From a bacterium (GTDB taxonomy: Bacteria > SZUA-182 > DTGQ01 > JAFGSM01): a stretch of DNA of 35,527 nucleotides. Where the stretch lies: positions 1 to 35,527 of the forward strand of contig JBLIRO010000051.1 of the NCBI GenBank assembly GCA_049472335.1, read 5' to 3'. The notes beneath the pieces were generated by a model. That model saw nothing but the letters and a program-made list of their open reading frames with translations, made no database searches and was not told the origin of the DNA. The translations under genes were made by a program, and so were the position numbers. How positions within the stretch are numbered: the stretch's first letter is position 1; each line of letters starts with the position of its first letter. Positions 18,693-26,101 of the stretch are shown here, piece after piece.

Positions 18693-20354
18693 TTATATTA
18701 ATTCCCCCATCCGTTCTTTCTCTCTGATAATCCTTCTCATCAGGATCTCATAAACACGATCCGCCACTTTGTTATAATCAATGGAAGCACCTGTTTTCTC
18801 TGTATCTTTTTTCTCCCAAAAAGGATTTTCCGTCCGGGCAATATTATTAAGAGACGTTTCATTTTGTGAAGTTAATGACAGGGACCGCGAAAATTCCCTG
18901 GTTATGTCTGAGGTCAAAATTGAGCTGAAAGGTCCCCTCGCGCTTTTTGTTTCGGCCTGTGTCCCCGGAGGAATGGCATATATAGTATCCGTCTGTATGG
19001 AACCGGCCCTTTCATGTCGAAAAGGAATGACAGGCATATGTTTCTGCTGGAAAGGTTTTAAGCCGTCATGGATAAAAGGTCTCACAGTATCAGGGGCCTC
19101 GTGAGGATTCAGATTCTCGGTCCCTCCGGAATAATCGCGCCTGTTGTTCATATTTATTTGACCCATATTTGAGATAAACTGATCTGGGTCCGAAGTCAAC
19201 CTTCCTGCTATTCCGGAATAAATCCTATCATTCCGGGAATCTCCATATTTCAAATCCCTGGGAGATGATTCGAGGATCACCCTTTTATAGGGCTTCATGG
19301 ATCGTACGGTATCATGATTAACTATCAAGGTTCGCCGGGTATGGGACAGGGAAACCCTCCCCGTCCGCTCTGTAAATTTCCTTTTATATCCTTTATATCT
19401 AAAATGAAGGCCCTCATCTTTATATTTGAGATTGAGGTCCTCAGGTTTTATAAGGAAATTCTTGGAGAATTCTGAAGATTTATGCTCATCCGGCCTTCCA
19501 GGATATTTATGGGCCTGATCCTCGTATAACTGATCCATATTCTCACCATATTCCCCGGGGGCTGAGATTAGATCTTTTACCGGTCCGGAAACAGTCCTGT
19601 CATACTGTTCATGTCCACCCGGTTCTTTCAGAGTCATTTCCTGATAAGGTCTAACGGAGGCAAATTCATGTTGTATTTGATCAAGATTTGGCCTGTCCCG
19701 CCCGGGGTCTGAAATAAGGTCCCCTGTCATCCCGGAATAGTCCTTAATACCATGGTTCATATCTCCATACTGTGATCTCAATGCCGTTCTTTGAAAGGAT
19801 TTCATGGATGGGATTGTAACCCTATCTGAAACCGGCTTCCGCCTCGTTCGTGAAAAGGATATAATCCCTTTACTTCTCTTCAAAACAGTATTTTGAACAG
19901 TATGTAAAAAACGTATTTGTTGAGGATCTAATATCTCTCTTCGCTGTCTGATAACAGGCAAACGCATATCATTAGCGTACTTTATACCTCCTTCAACAGA
20001 GTTAGTGTATCTATTAAAAATAGCGACTGGGTAAAATCTTATATTACTACCTTGATATGTATTAATACCCTTGTCTCCATAGGGGTGGGATTTTCCATAG
20101 AGTAGTGATTTTAAGAGATTTCGGAAGACAAAAGGAAATCTTAATACAATCCCATGATTCCATAGTAAGCTCCGGATCTCAATCCGATGAGTAATTGAGG
20201 AAAGATAAATATTTTCCAGCCTCTTTCTAAAATAATCATTCCAACGGTTTAAGCCGGATTGCCCTGAAACAAGGTTTTGCTGTCTTTGATGAAAGACTAA
20301 AAATCTCTTCCCCCATGGGCTAATAAATAATCTTTTTCCCCTATTCATTTCCAT
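18693..20354 (-). CDS. Low-complexity, largely disordered protein with a conserved C-terminal helix; tape-measure-like or Afp6-like
   Basis: C-terminal IDYNKVADRVYEILMRRIIREKERMG; three degenerate internal repeats; lies between tube 2 and the LysM initiator. Confidence 0.6.
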   Translation of the reverse strand: MEMNRGKRLFISPWGKRFLVFHQRQQNLVSGQSGLNRWNDYFRKRLENIYLSSITHRIEIRSLLWNHGIVLRFPFVFRNLLKSLLYGKSHPYGDKGINTYQGSNIRFYPVAIFNRYTNSVEGGIKYANDMRLPVIRQRREILDPQQIRFLHTVQNTVLKRSKGIISFSRTRRKPVSDRVTIPSMKSFQRTALRSQYGDMNHGIKDYSGMTGDLISDPGRDRPNLDQIQHEFASVRPYQEMTLKEPGGHEQYDRTVSGPVKDLISAPGEYGENMDQLYEDQAHKYPGRPDEHKSSEFSKNFLIKPEDLNLKYKDEGLHFRYKGYKRKFTERTGRVSLSHTRRTLIVNHDTVRSMKPYKRVILESSPRDLKYGDSRNDRIYSGIAGRLTSDPDQFISNMGQINMNNRRDYSGGTENLNPHEAPDTVRPFIHDGLKPFQQKHMPVIPFRHERAGSIQTDTIYAIPPGTQAETKSARGPFSSILTSDITREFSRSLSLTSQNETSLNNIARTENPFWEKKDTEKTGASIDYNKVADRVYEILMRRIIREKERMGELI

Positions 20355-20370
20355 TTTTTTGAATCAATTG

Positions 20371-20859
20371 TTATATTGAAACACTGCCTTCTTCAATAAA
20401 TCCTTCATGGGCCAGCTCAAAGATTTCTATTGCCACATCGCTCCTGTCTGCCTTCAAATCAGGCCCCAGCCACTTTTGAGGCCAGCATCCCTTAAAATTC
20501 CAGCGGCGGACCTCCTCCATCCTCTCATTAAATAAAATGATACTCACATTTCTGCGAATGCCCTTTCGGCTTGAAAGAGACTGTTTATACCAATCCCATA
20601 AGGTGCTTGATATTGTTACTCCCTTTTTAAGGATAATGTGCTGATATTTTATCCTGCCAGGAAGCACATAAAGATATTTGTTCATTCCCCCCTCTTTGTA
20701 TGAGTACTCTTCAATCTCGGTTTGAAGATTACCGCATTGGAAGATACCCACCACCGTATTGTCGATCTCTATACCAAACCTGCAAGAGGTTAATGGTAAA
20801 TCCGAATCATTAGCGCCCCCCTGGGACCTAGAATTTTTTTGCAAATGATTATTAATCAT
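20371..20859 (-). CDS. Second gp19-like tube protein (Afp5-type)
   Basis: F.IEID, YKEGG.N, LPGR.KY..I.LK.G, LWDWY, RRNVSI.L, RRWNF...WP.KW.GP.L.A and IE..ELAHEG. Confidence 0.92.
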   Translation of the reverse strand: MINNHLQKNSRSQGGANDSDLPLTSCRFGIEIDNTVVGIFQCGNLQTEIEEYSYKEGGMNKYLYVLPGRIKYQHIILKKGVTISSTLWDWYKQSLSSRKGIRRNVSIILFNERMEEVRRWNFKGCWPQKWLGPDLKADRSDVAIEIFELAHEGFIEEGSVSI

Positions 20860-20861
20860 TT

Positions 20862-21041
20862 TTACTCATCATTCCTGACCGAATCATTGATCTTTCTGTT
20901 AATCTTCGAAACCTCGCTTATCCATCTGGACCTCTCCCGATGGTTCATATCCATCACGATATCATAATCCCAGTGTAAATAGTAAGATAAAAAGGCTACC
21001 TCCTCATATATCCTCGCGAGGGGGTAGCCTATAATTCCCCC
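20862..21041 (-). CDS. DUF6760-like small ORF missing from the ORF track; probable -1 frameshift extension (GT-like) of the chaperone
   Basis: Hand translation: GGIIGYPLARIYEEVAFLSYYLHWDYDIVMDMNHRERSRWISEVSKINRKINDSVRNDE*. There is no ATG/GTG/TTG between the upstream in-frame stop and the YP...EEVAF...HW motif. Confidence 0.8.
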   Translation of the reverse strand, partial: GGIIGYPLARIYEEVAFLSYYLHWDYDIVMDMNHRERSRWISEVSKINRKINDSVRNDE

Positions 21042-21060
21042 TTCGCTTCTACAGCCTCCT
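20993..21060 (-). promoter_or_regulatory. Putative programmed -1 ribosomal frameshift signal
   Basis: On the mRNA: AGGAGG (21055-21060), 13 nt, GGGGGAA (21035-21041), 4 nt, then stem AGGCTACCCCCTC...GAGGAGGTAGCCT (20993-21030). Confidence 0.7.
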
Positions 21061-21394
21061 GAGAAAACTCTTTGTTACAGTGAGGACATTTGATCTTTGC
21101 CTCCCCGTCAATATTTATCCGGTTATAGAAGTTCTGAAGATATGCCAGGTCGGATGAAAAAAGGTTTTCGATAATCCCCGGATTAATTTCCTTCAGGTTC
21201 CCAAGTTTGGTAATCACTCGTGAAAGGAGAATAATAATCAGATACCCCTCGTTCCGGGCAACCCTTGGATCCTGCAAAGGAAGAATTTCATCCTTTGCCG
21301 TTGACAGGCGCATCGTGCCGTTTCGATGAATATTTCCGTCTTTATCAATATATCCCTTCGGAAGGGTAAAATCATACTCTGTCTGTAATGTCAT
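21029..21394 (-). CDS. Tail assembly chaperone (gpG-like)
   Basis: QTEY.FTLPKGY.D..G..HR.G.MRL.TA.DEI.PL.DPRV..N..YL.IILLSRVI..LG...DL.YLQ.FY.RIN, with C-terminal CPHC. Confidence 0.85.
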   Translation of the reverse strand: MTLQTEYDFTLPKGYIDKDGNIHRNGTMRLSTAKDEILPLQDPRVARNEGYLIIILLSRVITKLGNLKEINPGIIENLFSSDLAYLQNFYNRINIDGEAKIKCPHCNKEFSQEAVEAKGEL

Positions 21395-21423
21395 AGCTTA
21401 CACCTTCTTCTAAACCTGTTTCA

Positions 21424-21526
21424 GCATAAAACCCGCAAAGGCAGCAATTCTAATATTGACCAAACAAGTTGAAGAGGATATCGTCATAATCAGAATTGCT
21501 TCCGCGAAGGCCTTCTCCGGTTATGC
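21424..21526 (-). other. Long imperfect intergenic hairpin between the tube and chaperone genes
   Basis: Nested complementary arms gcataa/ttatgc, ccg/cgg, aaggc/gcctt, agcaattct/agaattgct and tgac/gtca. Confidence 0.6.
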
Positions 21527-21536
21527 ATGTCAAATT

Positions 21537-21980
21537 TCAGGCACGGTCAAAGCCTTCATGACAGAAAGTCAGGGTCTCCACAGCAACCGCGTTTCCGTCC
21601 GCCTTTAGATCAGGGCCGGTCCACTTCCTTGGCCAAGCCTCTCTTATGTTCCAGCGAATCTTTTCTTCGCCTTCCTCGTTTCTGACAATGATAGAGACAT
21701 TCTTCCTCTCAACCTTGCCATCCATTACCTTCTTCCGCCAATCCCACAGGGATTTGTCATCCACAATCCCTCTCCTGAGGGTGATATCGCTAAAGCTCTT
21801 CAAACCCGGCAACTTCTTGAGAGTATTATCTTTATCATCCCCTATCCGGTAAAGAATAACGTCTGTCTCGGATTCCAATCCTGAACATTCTTGAAATCCG
21901 CCTGAGATAACCCCTTCAATCTCAATTAGAAAGTTATGGGCCCTATAAGGATCCTGATAGGGTTCTTTTCTATCTGCCAT
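21537..21980 (-). CDS. Major tube protein, T4 gp19-like (Afp1-type)
   Basis: DPY...NF.IEI.G...GGFQECSGL, KLPGL..F.DITLRRG, LWDW, WP.KW.GP.L.A and AVETL...HEG. Confidence 0.96.
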   Translation of the reverse strand: MADRKEPYQDPYRAHNFLIEIEGVISGGFQECSGLESETDVILYRIGDDKDNTLKKLPGLKSFSDITLRRGIVDDKSLWDWRKKVMDGKVERKNVSIIVRNEEGEEKIRWNIREAWPRKWTGPDLKADGNAVAVETLTFCHEGFDRA

Positions 21981-22010
21981 AATAGTCTACCTCCATCTTA
22001 ATCATCTTAA

Positions 22011-23225
22011 TTAAGCCTCGGCCAGTGATGTACCCTGACTCCATTGGGTAATACGGAAGATAACGAATTCCGCCGGACGAGAAGGCGCAATCCCGATCTC
22101 GATAATGACCTTCCCCTGTTGAACGATTTCTTCCGGATTGGTCTCCTGATCACATTTTACATAGAACGCTTCCTGGGGAGTGGCTCCTACTAATGCACCT
22201 GACAGCCACTGGGTATAAAGGAACGCGCTTATATCTCTGCTGATCCTGTTCCAAAGGACCCTGTCATTGGGCTCAAAAACAACCCATTGGGTCCCCCTGG
22301 AAATGGACTCCTCTATCATTATAAAAAGCCTTCTGACATTGAGATATTGCCAACTGGAGTCAGAGCTGAGTGTCCTGGCACCCCATACCCGGATCCCCCT
22401 CCCGGGGAATGAGCGGATACAATTAATGCCGTTTGGGTTCAGAACATCCTGTTCTCCTTTGGTAACATGGTATTTCAATCCTACGCATCCCCGGACAATC
22501 TCGTTCGCGGGGGCTTTATGGACACCCCGCTCCGAGTCGCTGCGCGCATAAATACCGGCCACATGGCCGCTGGGAGGTATATATTTTCCTCCAACAATCT
22601 GGATCCAGGGGAAGTAATAGGCTCCATATTTCGAATCCCTCGGCTTGATATCCTTAATCTTCGAGAGTCCCCCGGCAGGCAGCTCTTCAGGACTATCAAG
22701 GATAGCGAACAGATTCTGGTTCTCGCAATAGGTCAATACCGCTTCATATACATCCTTATCAACCAGTCCTGGGGCACACAGAATGGAGATATCGTCAAAT
22801 TCCTTGAATGCCTGTAAACCTGTTCGGGCTCCCGGGCCTTTGTCTTCACCCTGGACAGCGGCAGACAAACTGTTTTTAGAGCTTGAAGAAGCGCCTTTTC
22901 CCTTACCTCCGCCTTCGCCTTCGGATGCTCCTGATCCGGCGCTTATTTTGTTGACATAACACCGGCTTCCTCCGTTATTAAAGAATCCGAAGACAGCTTG
23001 AGCAAGGTAAGCGCTATTGGTAAAATCTCCGAATTTTGAGGTAAACTGGCTCCAATTGGTAATCAATTCAGGTTTGTTAGTGAGATCCTTTATCTCTTTA
23101 CCTTCCTTGTAAACAAAATTGGTCTCTCCAATAAACGCAACGGTGCTGGTACTAACCCCTGTTATTGGTTTTGGTCCCATATCAACCTCTTCCACGTATA
23201 CTCCTGGCGATAAATATTCTCCCAT
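22011..23225 (-). CDS. Contractile tail sheath protein (Afp2/3/4-type)
   Basis: YLSPGVYVEE, AV.GFF.NGG..CY, PPSGH.AG..ARSD..RGVHKAPANE, LNP.GINCIR.F.GRG..VWGARTL and PAEFVIFR. I moved the start to MGEYLSPG (23225) because the GGAGGG RBS lies just upstream of it. Confidence 0.97.
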   Translation of the reverse strand: MGEYLSPGVYVEEVDMGPKPITGVSTSTVAFIGETNFVYKEGKEIKDLTNKPELITNWSQFTSKFGDFTNSAYLAQAVFGFFNNGGSRCYVNKISAGSGASEGEGGGKGKGASSSSKNSLSAAVQGEDKGPGARTGLQAFKEFDDISILCAPGLVDKDVYEAVLTYCENQNLFAILDSPEELPAGGLSKIKDIKPRDSKYGAYYFPWIQIVGGKYIPPSGHVAGIYARSDSERGVHKAPANEIVRGCVGLKYHVTKGEQDVLNPNGINCIRSFPGRGIRVWGARTLSSDSSWQYLNVRRLFIMIEESISRGTQWVVFEPNDRVLWNRISRDISAFLYTQWLSGALVGATPQEAFYVKCDQETNPEEIVQQGKVIIEIGIAPSRPAEFVIFRITQWSQGTSLAEA

Positions 23226-23409
23226 TTCATTCCCTCCAACCATTTAAAAAGGATTAAAAATACTTCCGACTTATTAATGGTTCTAAAAACAAAACTAACA
23301 TTTCAGTTGCATTAAAATGCACGCTTCTTAAATGCCTCCAAACAACTGAAACGTCACTGCAAGATAATGTATCTTAAAGGTCCAGACGAAGAGACCTTAG
23401 AGTTAGCCC

Positions 23410-23640
23410 TTAGCGTTTGGCCCTGAATATAATCTTATTGCTCGCTTCACGGTGAAATTTCTCAATCTCCCCTTTCTCTGCCATATTTTCCAGTATCTTT
23501 GCTATCTCTTCCACCGACCGGTCAATCCTTTCAAACTCCAGCCACCACATAGTTATACCCTCTAAGGTATCACCGGCATTGGGGTGCTTTTTAAGATAAT
23601 CCAGGATCTTTTTGGATATCTCTTCCTGTTTTTTATTCAC
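23410..23640 (-). CDS. Small winged-helix-like protein heading the CIS operon
   Basis: IL.YL..HP.A.DTLEGI..WWL...........L..M...G.I pattern; GTG start. Confidence 0.7.
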   Translation of the reverse strand: MNKKQEEISKKILDYLKKHPNAGDTLEGITMWWLEFERIDRSVEEIAKILENMAEKGEIEKFHREASNKIIFRAKR

Positions 23641-23716
23641 TCAGAAAATTTCCCTTACTATCAGAATAAGGAACATTATAAAGATACGGTTTTGACAGAT
23701 ACTTTCAGTATATACT

Positions 23717-23733
23717 AGCAAGGAACGGACCAA
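23717..23733 (-). promoter_or_regulatory. Putative sigma-54 (-24/-12) promoter
   Basis: Minus strand TTGGTCCGTTCCTTGCT versus consensus YTGGCACGRNNNTTGCW; exact GG-N10-GC spacing, ~77 bp upstream of the first gene. Confidence 0.6.
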
Positions 23734-23909
23734 AAAAAATTTAAATGTAACTCTTTGTTTTGTCTTGTTATTGATCGAACGACCGATAATGGACCAAGAC
23801 GAATAAGTCACATAGAAATGACTTAAACAATGAAAGCCATGGGAGACTGAAAGGCGGAAAGTAAATAATCGATGACTTTCGCGTCACTTTTTTATAACGA
23901 TCTTTTTTG

Positions 23910-24029
23910 ATGTTCAGTAAGCTGAATTCCCATCTCATTATTGAAAATCTTGTTCTTCGGCACCAGTTGATAGCCATGAAACAATATATGAAACGACCAA
24001 AGATCCGTACAAGGGAATATACTCATTAA
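23910..24029 (+). mobile_element. Remnant N-terminus of an integrase-core (rve-type) transposase
   Basis: Hand translation MFSKLNSHLIIENLVLRHQLIAMKQYMKRPKIRTREYTH* resembles the ENL.LR(H/Q)QL..LK....RP.L start of that IS-associated family; the catalytic part is absent. Confidence 0.6.
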
Positions 24030-24194
24030 GTTTTTCTTATAGCTTTATGCTTATTCTTATGAAAATCTTAGAATTTCTTCTTAGATTATAAAGCACAATT
24101 CCTCATTTTTAGTTCTTCAAATTTGGGTATTGTCTGTCAAAATTTACAATGACTTATTTTTTTGCGAAAGGCAGCACCTATTTTTTATTTCGTA

Positions 24195-24974
24195 TTATTT
24201 TACTCGCATAATCCAAACAACACTCATATTAACGGGTCGTACCTTGAACCATGGTCTATTATATTTACAGTTATTGCCAAACTGGCAAGCGTAGCGCTCC
24301 TCATTGGATTCTCCATCGTGCTCCTTATAAGACACATCATGCCCAGACGATGTCTGTTGATAGATCTGGGTTGCCTCTTGCAGGATACCTGATTTGCTGT
24401 TTCCTCTTAAAAACCTTCCACCAAAATATCCTTCAGCAGAATTCAAATCTGGTAAGTTTGTCCCATTATAGGGGGATCCGGGATCTGTGACCTTCTGTCC
24501 ATTACATTCCAGCCAGCCGTCGGGTAGAGAAGGAGTACCGGGTAGAGATTTATGCCAAGCCACAATCGTGCCTACAGGCACTTCACAACGCCGCATCAAA
24601 AAGAGAATCACGACGACAACCAGCAGAAAGATCACTGCACCGCCGGCAATAATAACGGGGAGCCAGTTAAAAGGCTTTTTGGGTGGAAGAGGTGGGGGCG
24701 CTGCCTCAAGTTTGGCATCCAGATTAAAGGACCCTTCTGTTGCCAGAACCAGGTTTTCCTGCCTGTGATAACCTTCCATTTCAAAGGTTATCAATAGTTG
24801 CTGGCCACTCTCAATTCTTGAATCATCAATTTCCGTAGTGAGCTCATAGAAGCCGTTTTTTGCGCTTTTGCATTGCTGTAGCTCTTCCTTTTTAAGATGG
24901 AGTTTTACGATAGCCCCTGTTAGGGTATGACCTGTCTTGGCATCTTCTACTTCTCCATAAATACGGAATTTCAT
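24195..24974 (-). CDS. MKFR-family single-pass protein with a C-terminal phage tail-collar / fibre-tip domain
   Basis: Constant N-domain plus KKPFNWLPVIIAGG TM, then VPVGTIVAW...LPDGWLECNGQ...LPDL...GRFLRG...RPVNMSVVWIMRVK. Confidence 0.8.
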   Translation of the reverse strand: MKFRIYGEVEDAKTGHTLTGAIVKLHLKKEELQQCKSAKNGFYELTTEIDDSRIESGQQLLITFEMEGYHRQENLVLATEGSFNLDAKLEAAPPPLPPKKPFNWLPVIIAGGAVIFLLVVVVILFLMRRCEVPVGTIVAWHKSLPGTPSLPDGWLECNGQKVTDPGSPYNGTNLPDLNSAEGYFGGRFLRGNSKSGILQEATQIYQQTSSGHDVSYKEHDGESNEERYACQFGNNCKYNRPWFKVRPVNMSVVWIMRVK

Positions 24975-25007
24975 GATATTCCCCTCATTTTAAAAAAAAG
25001 TTAAAGG

Positions 25008-25210
25008 TTAAACAGAAAAATGATCTTTCTGTTCCTTCCACCACCTTACAACAGGCATCGATGTACGAAACGGCTTTATTTCTTCAACTATTTCAAAACA
25101 TATGAAAGGATGAATCTCGCCTTATCTTCATCCACTGAATCATCAAATATTAGGTAGAAAGTAAAAGTATTCTCAGCGTTAATATTGTTATAGTTTATCT
25201 GGGTATCAGG
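25008..25210 (-). pseudogene. Decayed copy of the 3' end of the gp7/I baseplate gene (11661..11850)
   Basis: About 80% nucleotide identity by hand alignment; translates DTQINYNNINAENTFTFYLIFDDSVDEDKARFILSY/(frameshift)/EIVEEIKPFRTSMPVVRWWKEQKDHFSV*. Confidence 0.88.
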
Positions 25211-25306
25211 ATCAAGTTTTAAAATATTGACAACGATCTTAAGGACAATCGTACACTTTTCTGTTTTTCCATTCTAATATATAAAGATCTGACTCCATTT
25301 TATCTT

Positions 25307-26101
25307 TCAGACAACTAAAATGTTACTATTTTTCTTATTTGTCCGAAAAGGAATCAAAAACTGCAAAATCATAATTATAATTAAAACTGAAAAAGCTCCC
25401 ATAAACGAAGGGAATTGATTGTAGCTGATATCGGTAATCTCTTTCAGGGCGTAATAAGAGATTTGATCCGAAATAAAGGCAATCCCGACCGCCAGCAAAA
25501 TGGCAGATATCCTTTTCAGCTTTTCAGACAATGGGAAAAAATAGATTATGTGCGCTAAAATCCAGACCATTATCAAGCCAAAGTTGATATGATGGATTTC
25601 AAATCCCAATAATATGATTGAACGGTGTTCATTGGAAACACCCATTTTATAAAGCAATAACTGGGAGATACGGAATATGCCGATGACTATGGCAATAAGA
25701 AAAATATAAAAAAATCTGCTTTTCAAGCTGCTATAAATCCTTGTCCGGGATTGAACATCAAAAAACATAATAAATAAAATGGAAATTACCAGAAAAATAA
25801 CACTTCCCAAGATACTTTGAATGGAGAAAAAACCAAATGAGGGATTTGACTTGCATATTAAATAAATCATTTGATCAAAGGCAACCGCCGTACCCACCCA
25901 TATCCACCTCGTATTAATCCCGGCAATCAGAAGCGTCCCGCATAGGATCAAAAAGAAAAAACCGATATTGCCCAAATTAATGGCAAATATTCCTATCTCT
26001 ATAGGGAAAAGCAAGGGTTGAAGCGTCCTTGATAAAAGGATGCCGCAAACGATAGGGATTAAATATTGTTTTAATCCCTCTACTGAAGGTTTATATTTCA
26101 T
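25307..26101 (-). CDS. Integral membrane protein with an IHH...G...DQ motif
   Basis: About 8 hydrophobic segments; FEIHHINFGLI and GIAFISDQ. Start re-assigned to MKYKPS (26101), which gives a TAATG overlap with the upstream stop. Confidence 0.7.
   Translation of the reverse strand: MKYKPSVEGLKQYLIPIVCGILLSRTLQPLLFPIEIGIFAINLGNIGFFFLILCGTLLIAGINTRWIWVGTAVAFDQMIYLICKSNPSFGFFSIQSILGSVIFLVISILFIMFFDVQSRTRIYSSLKSRFFYIFLIAIVIGIFRISQLLLYKMGVSNEHRSIILLGFEIHHINFGLIMVWILAHIIYFFPLSEKLKRISAILLAVGIAFISDQISYYALKEITDISYNQFPSFMGAFSVLIIIMILQFLIPFRTNKKNSNILVV

Larger units (their letters stand above)
281..23640 (-). other. Contractile injection system gene cluster (AFP/PVC/eCIS-like phage-tail-like particle)
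   Basis: Co-oriented sheath, two gp19-like tubes, chaperone, LysM tube initiator, gp27-like and gp5-like spike genes, gp25, gp6/J, gp7/I, PAAR and DUF4255. No capsid, terminase, portal or integrase, and no TssJLM/ClpV. Confidence 0.93.

Noticed and set aside
4931..23225. Prophage or T6SS interpretation of the tail genes
   Set aside because: No head, terminase, portal, integrase or replication genes, and no TssJLM, TssK or ClpV. DUF4255, two tube genes and the LysM initiator fit an AFP/PVC-type CIS.
23301..23351. Inverted repeat tttcagttg...caactgaaa upstream of the sheath gene as a riboswitch or terminator
   Set aside because: Only a 9-bp stem with a long loop, no U-tract and no recognisable riboswitch motif; it might be an operator, but that is unsupported.
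23768..23977. 69-aa - strand ORF
   Set aside because: It is antisense to the transposase remnant, whose recognisable motif is on the + strand.
9129..25210. Diversity-generating retroelement or invertase shufflon as the source of variable C-termini
   Set aside because: No reverse transcriptase or recombinase in the window; mismatches between repeat copies are not adenine-specific, and all copies are direct rather than inverted.
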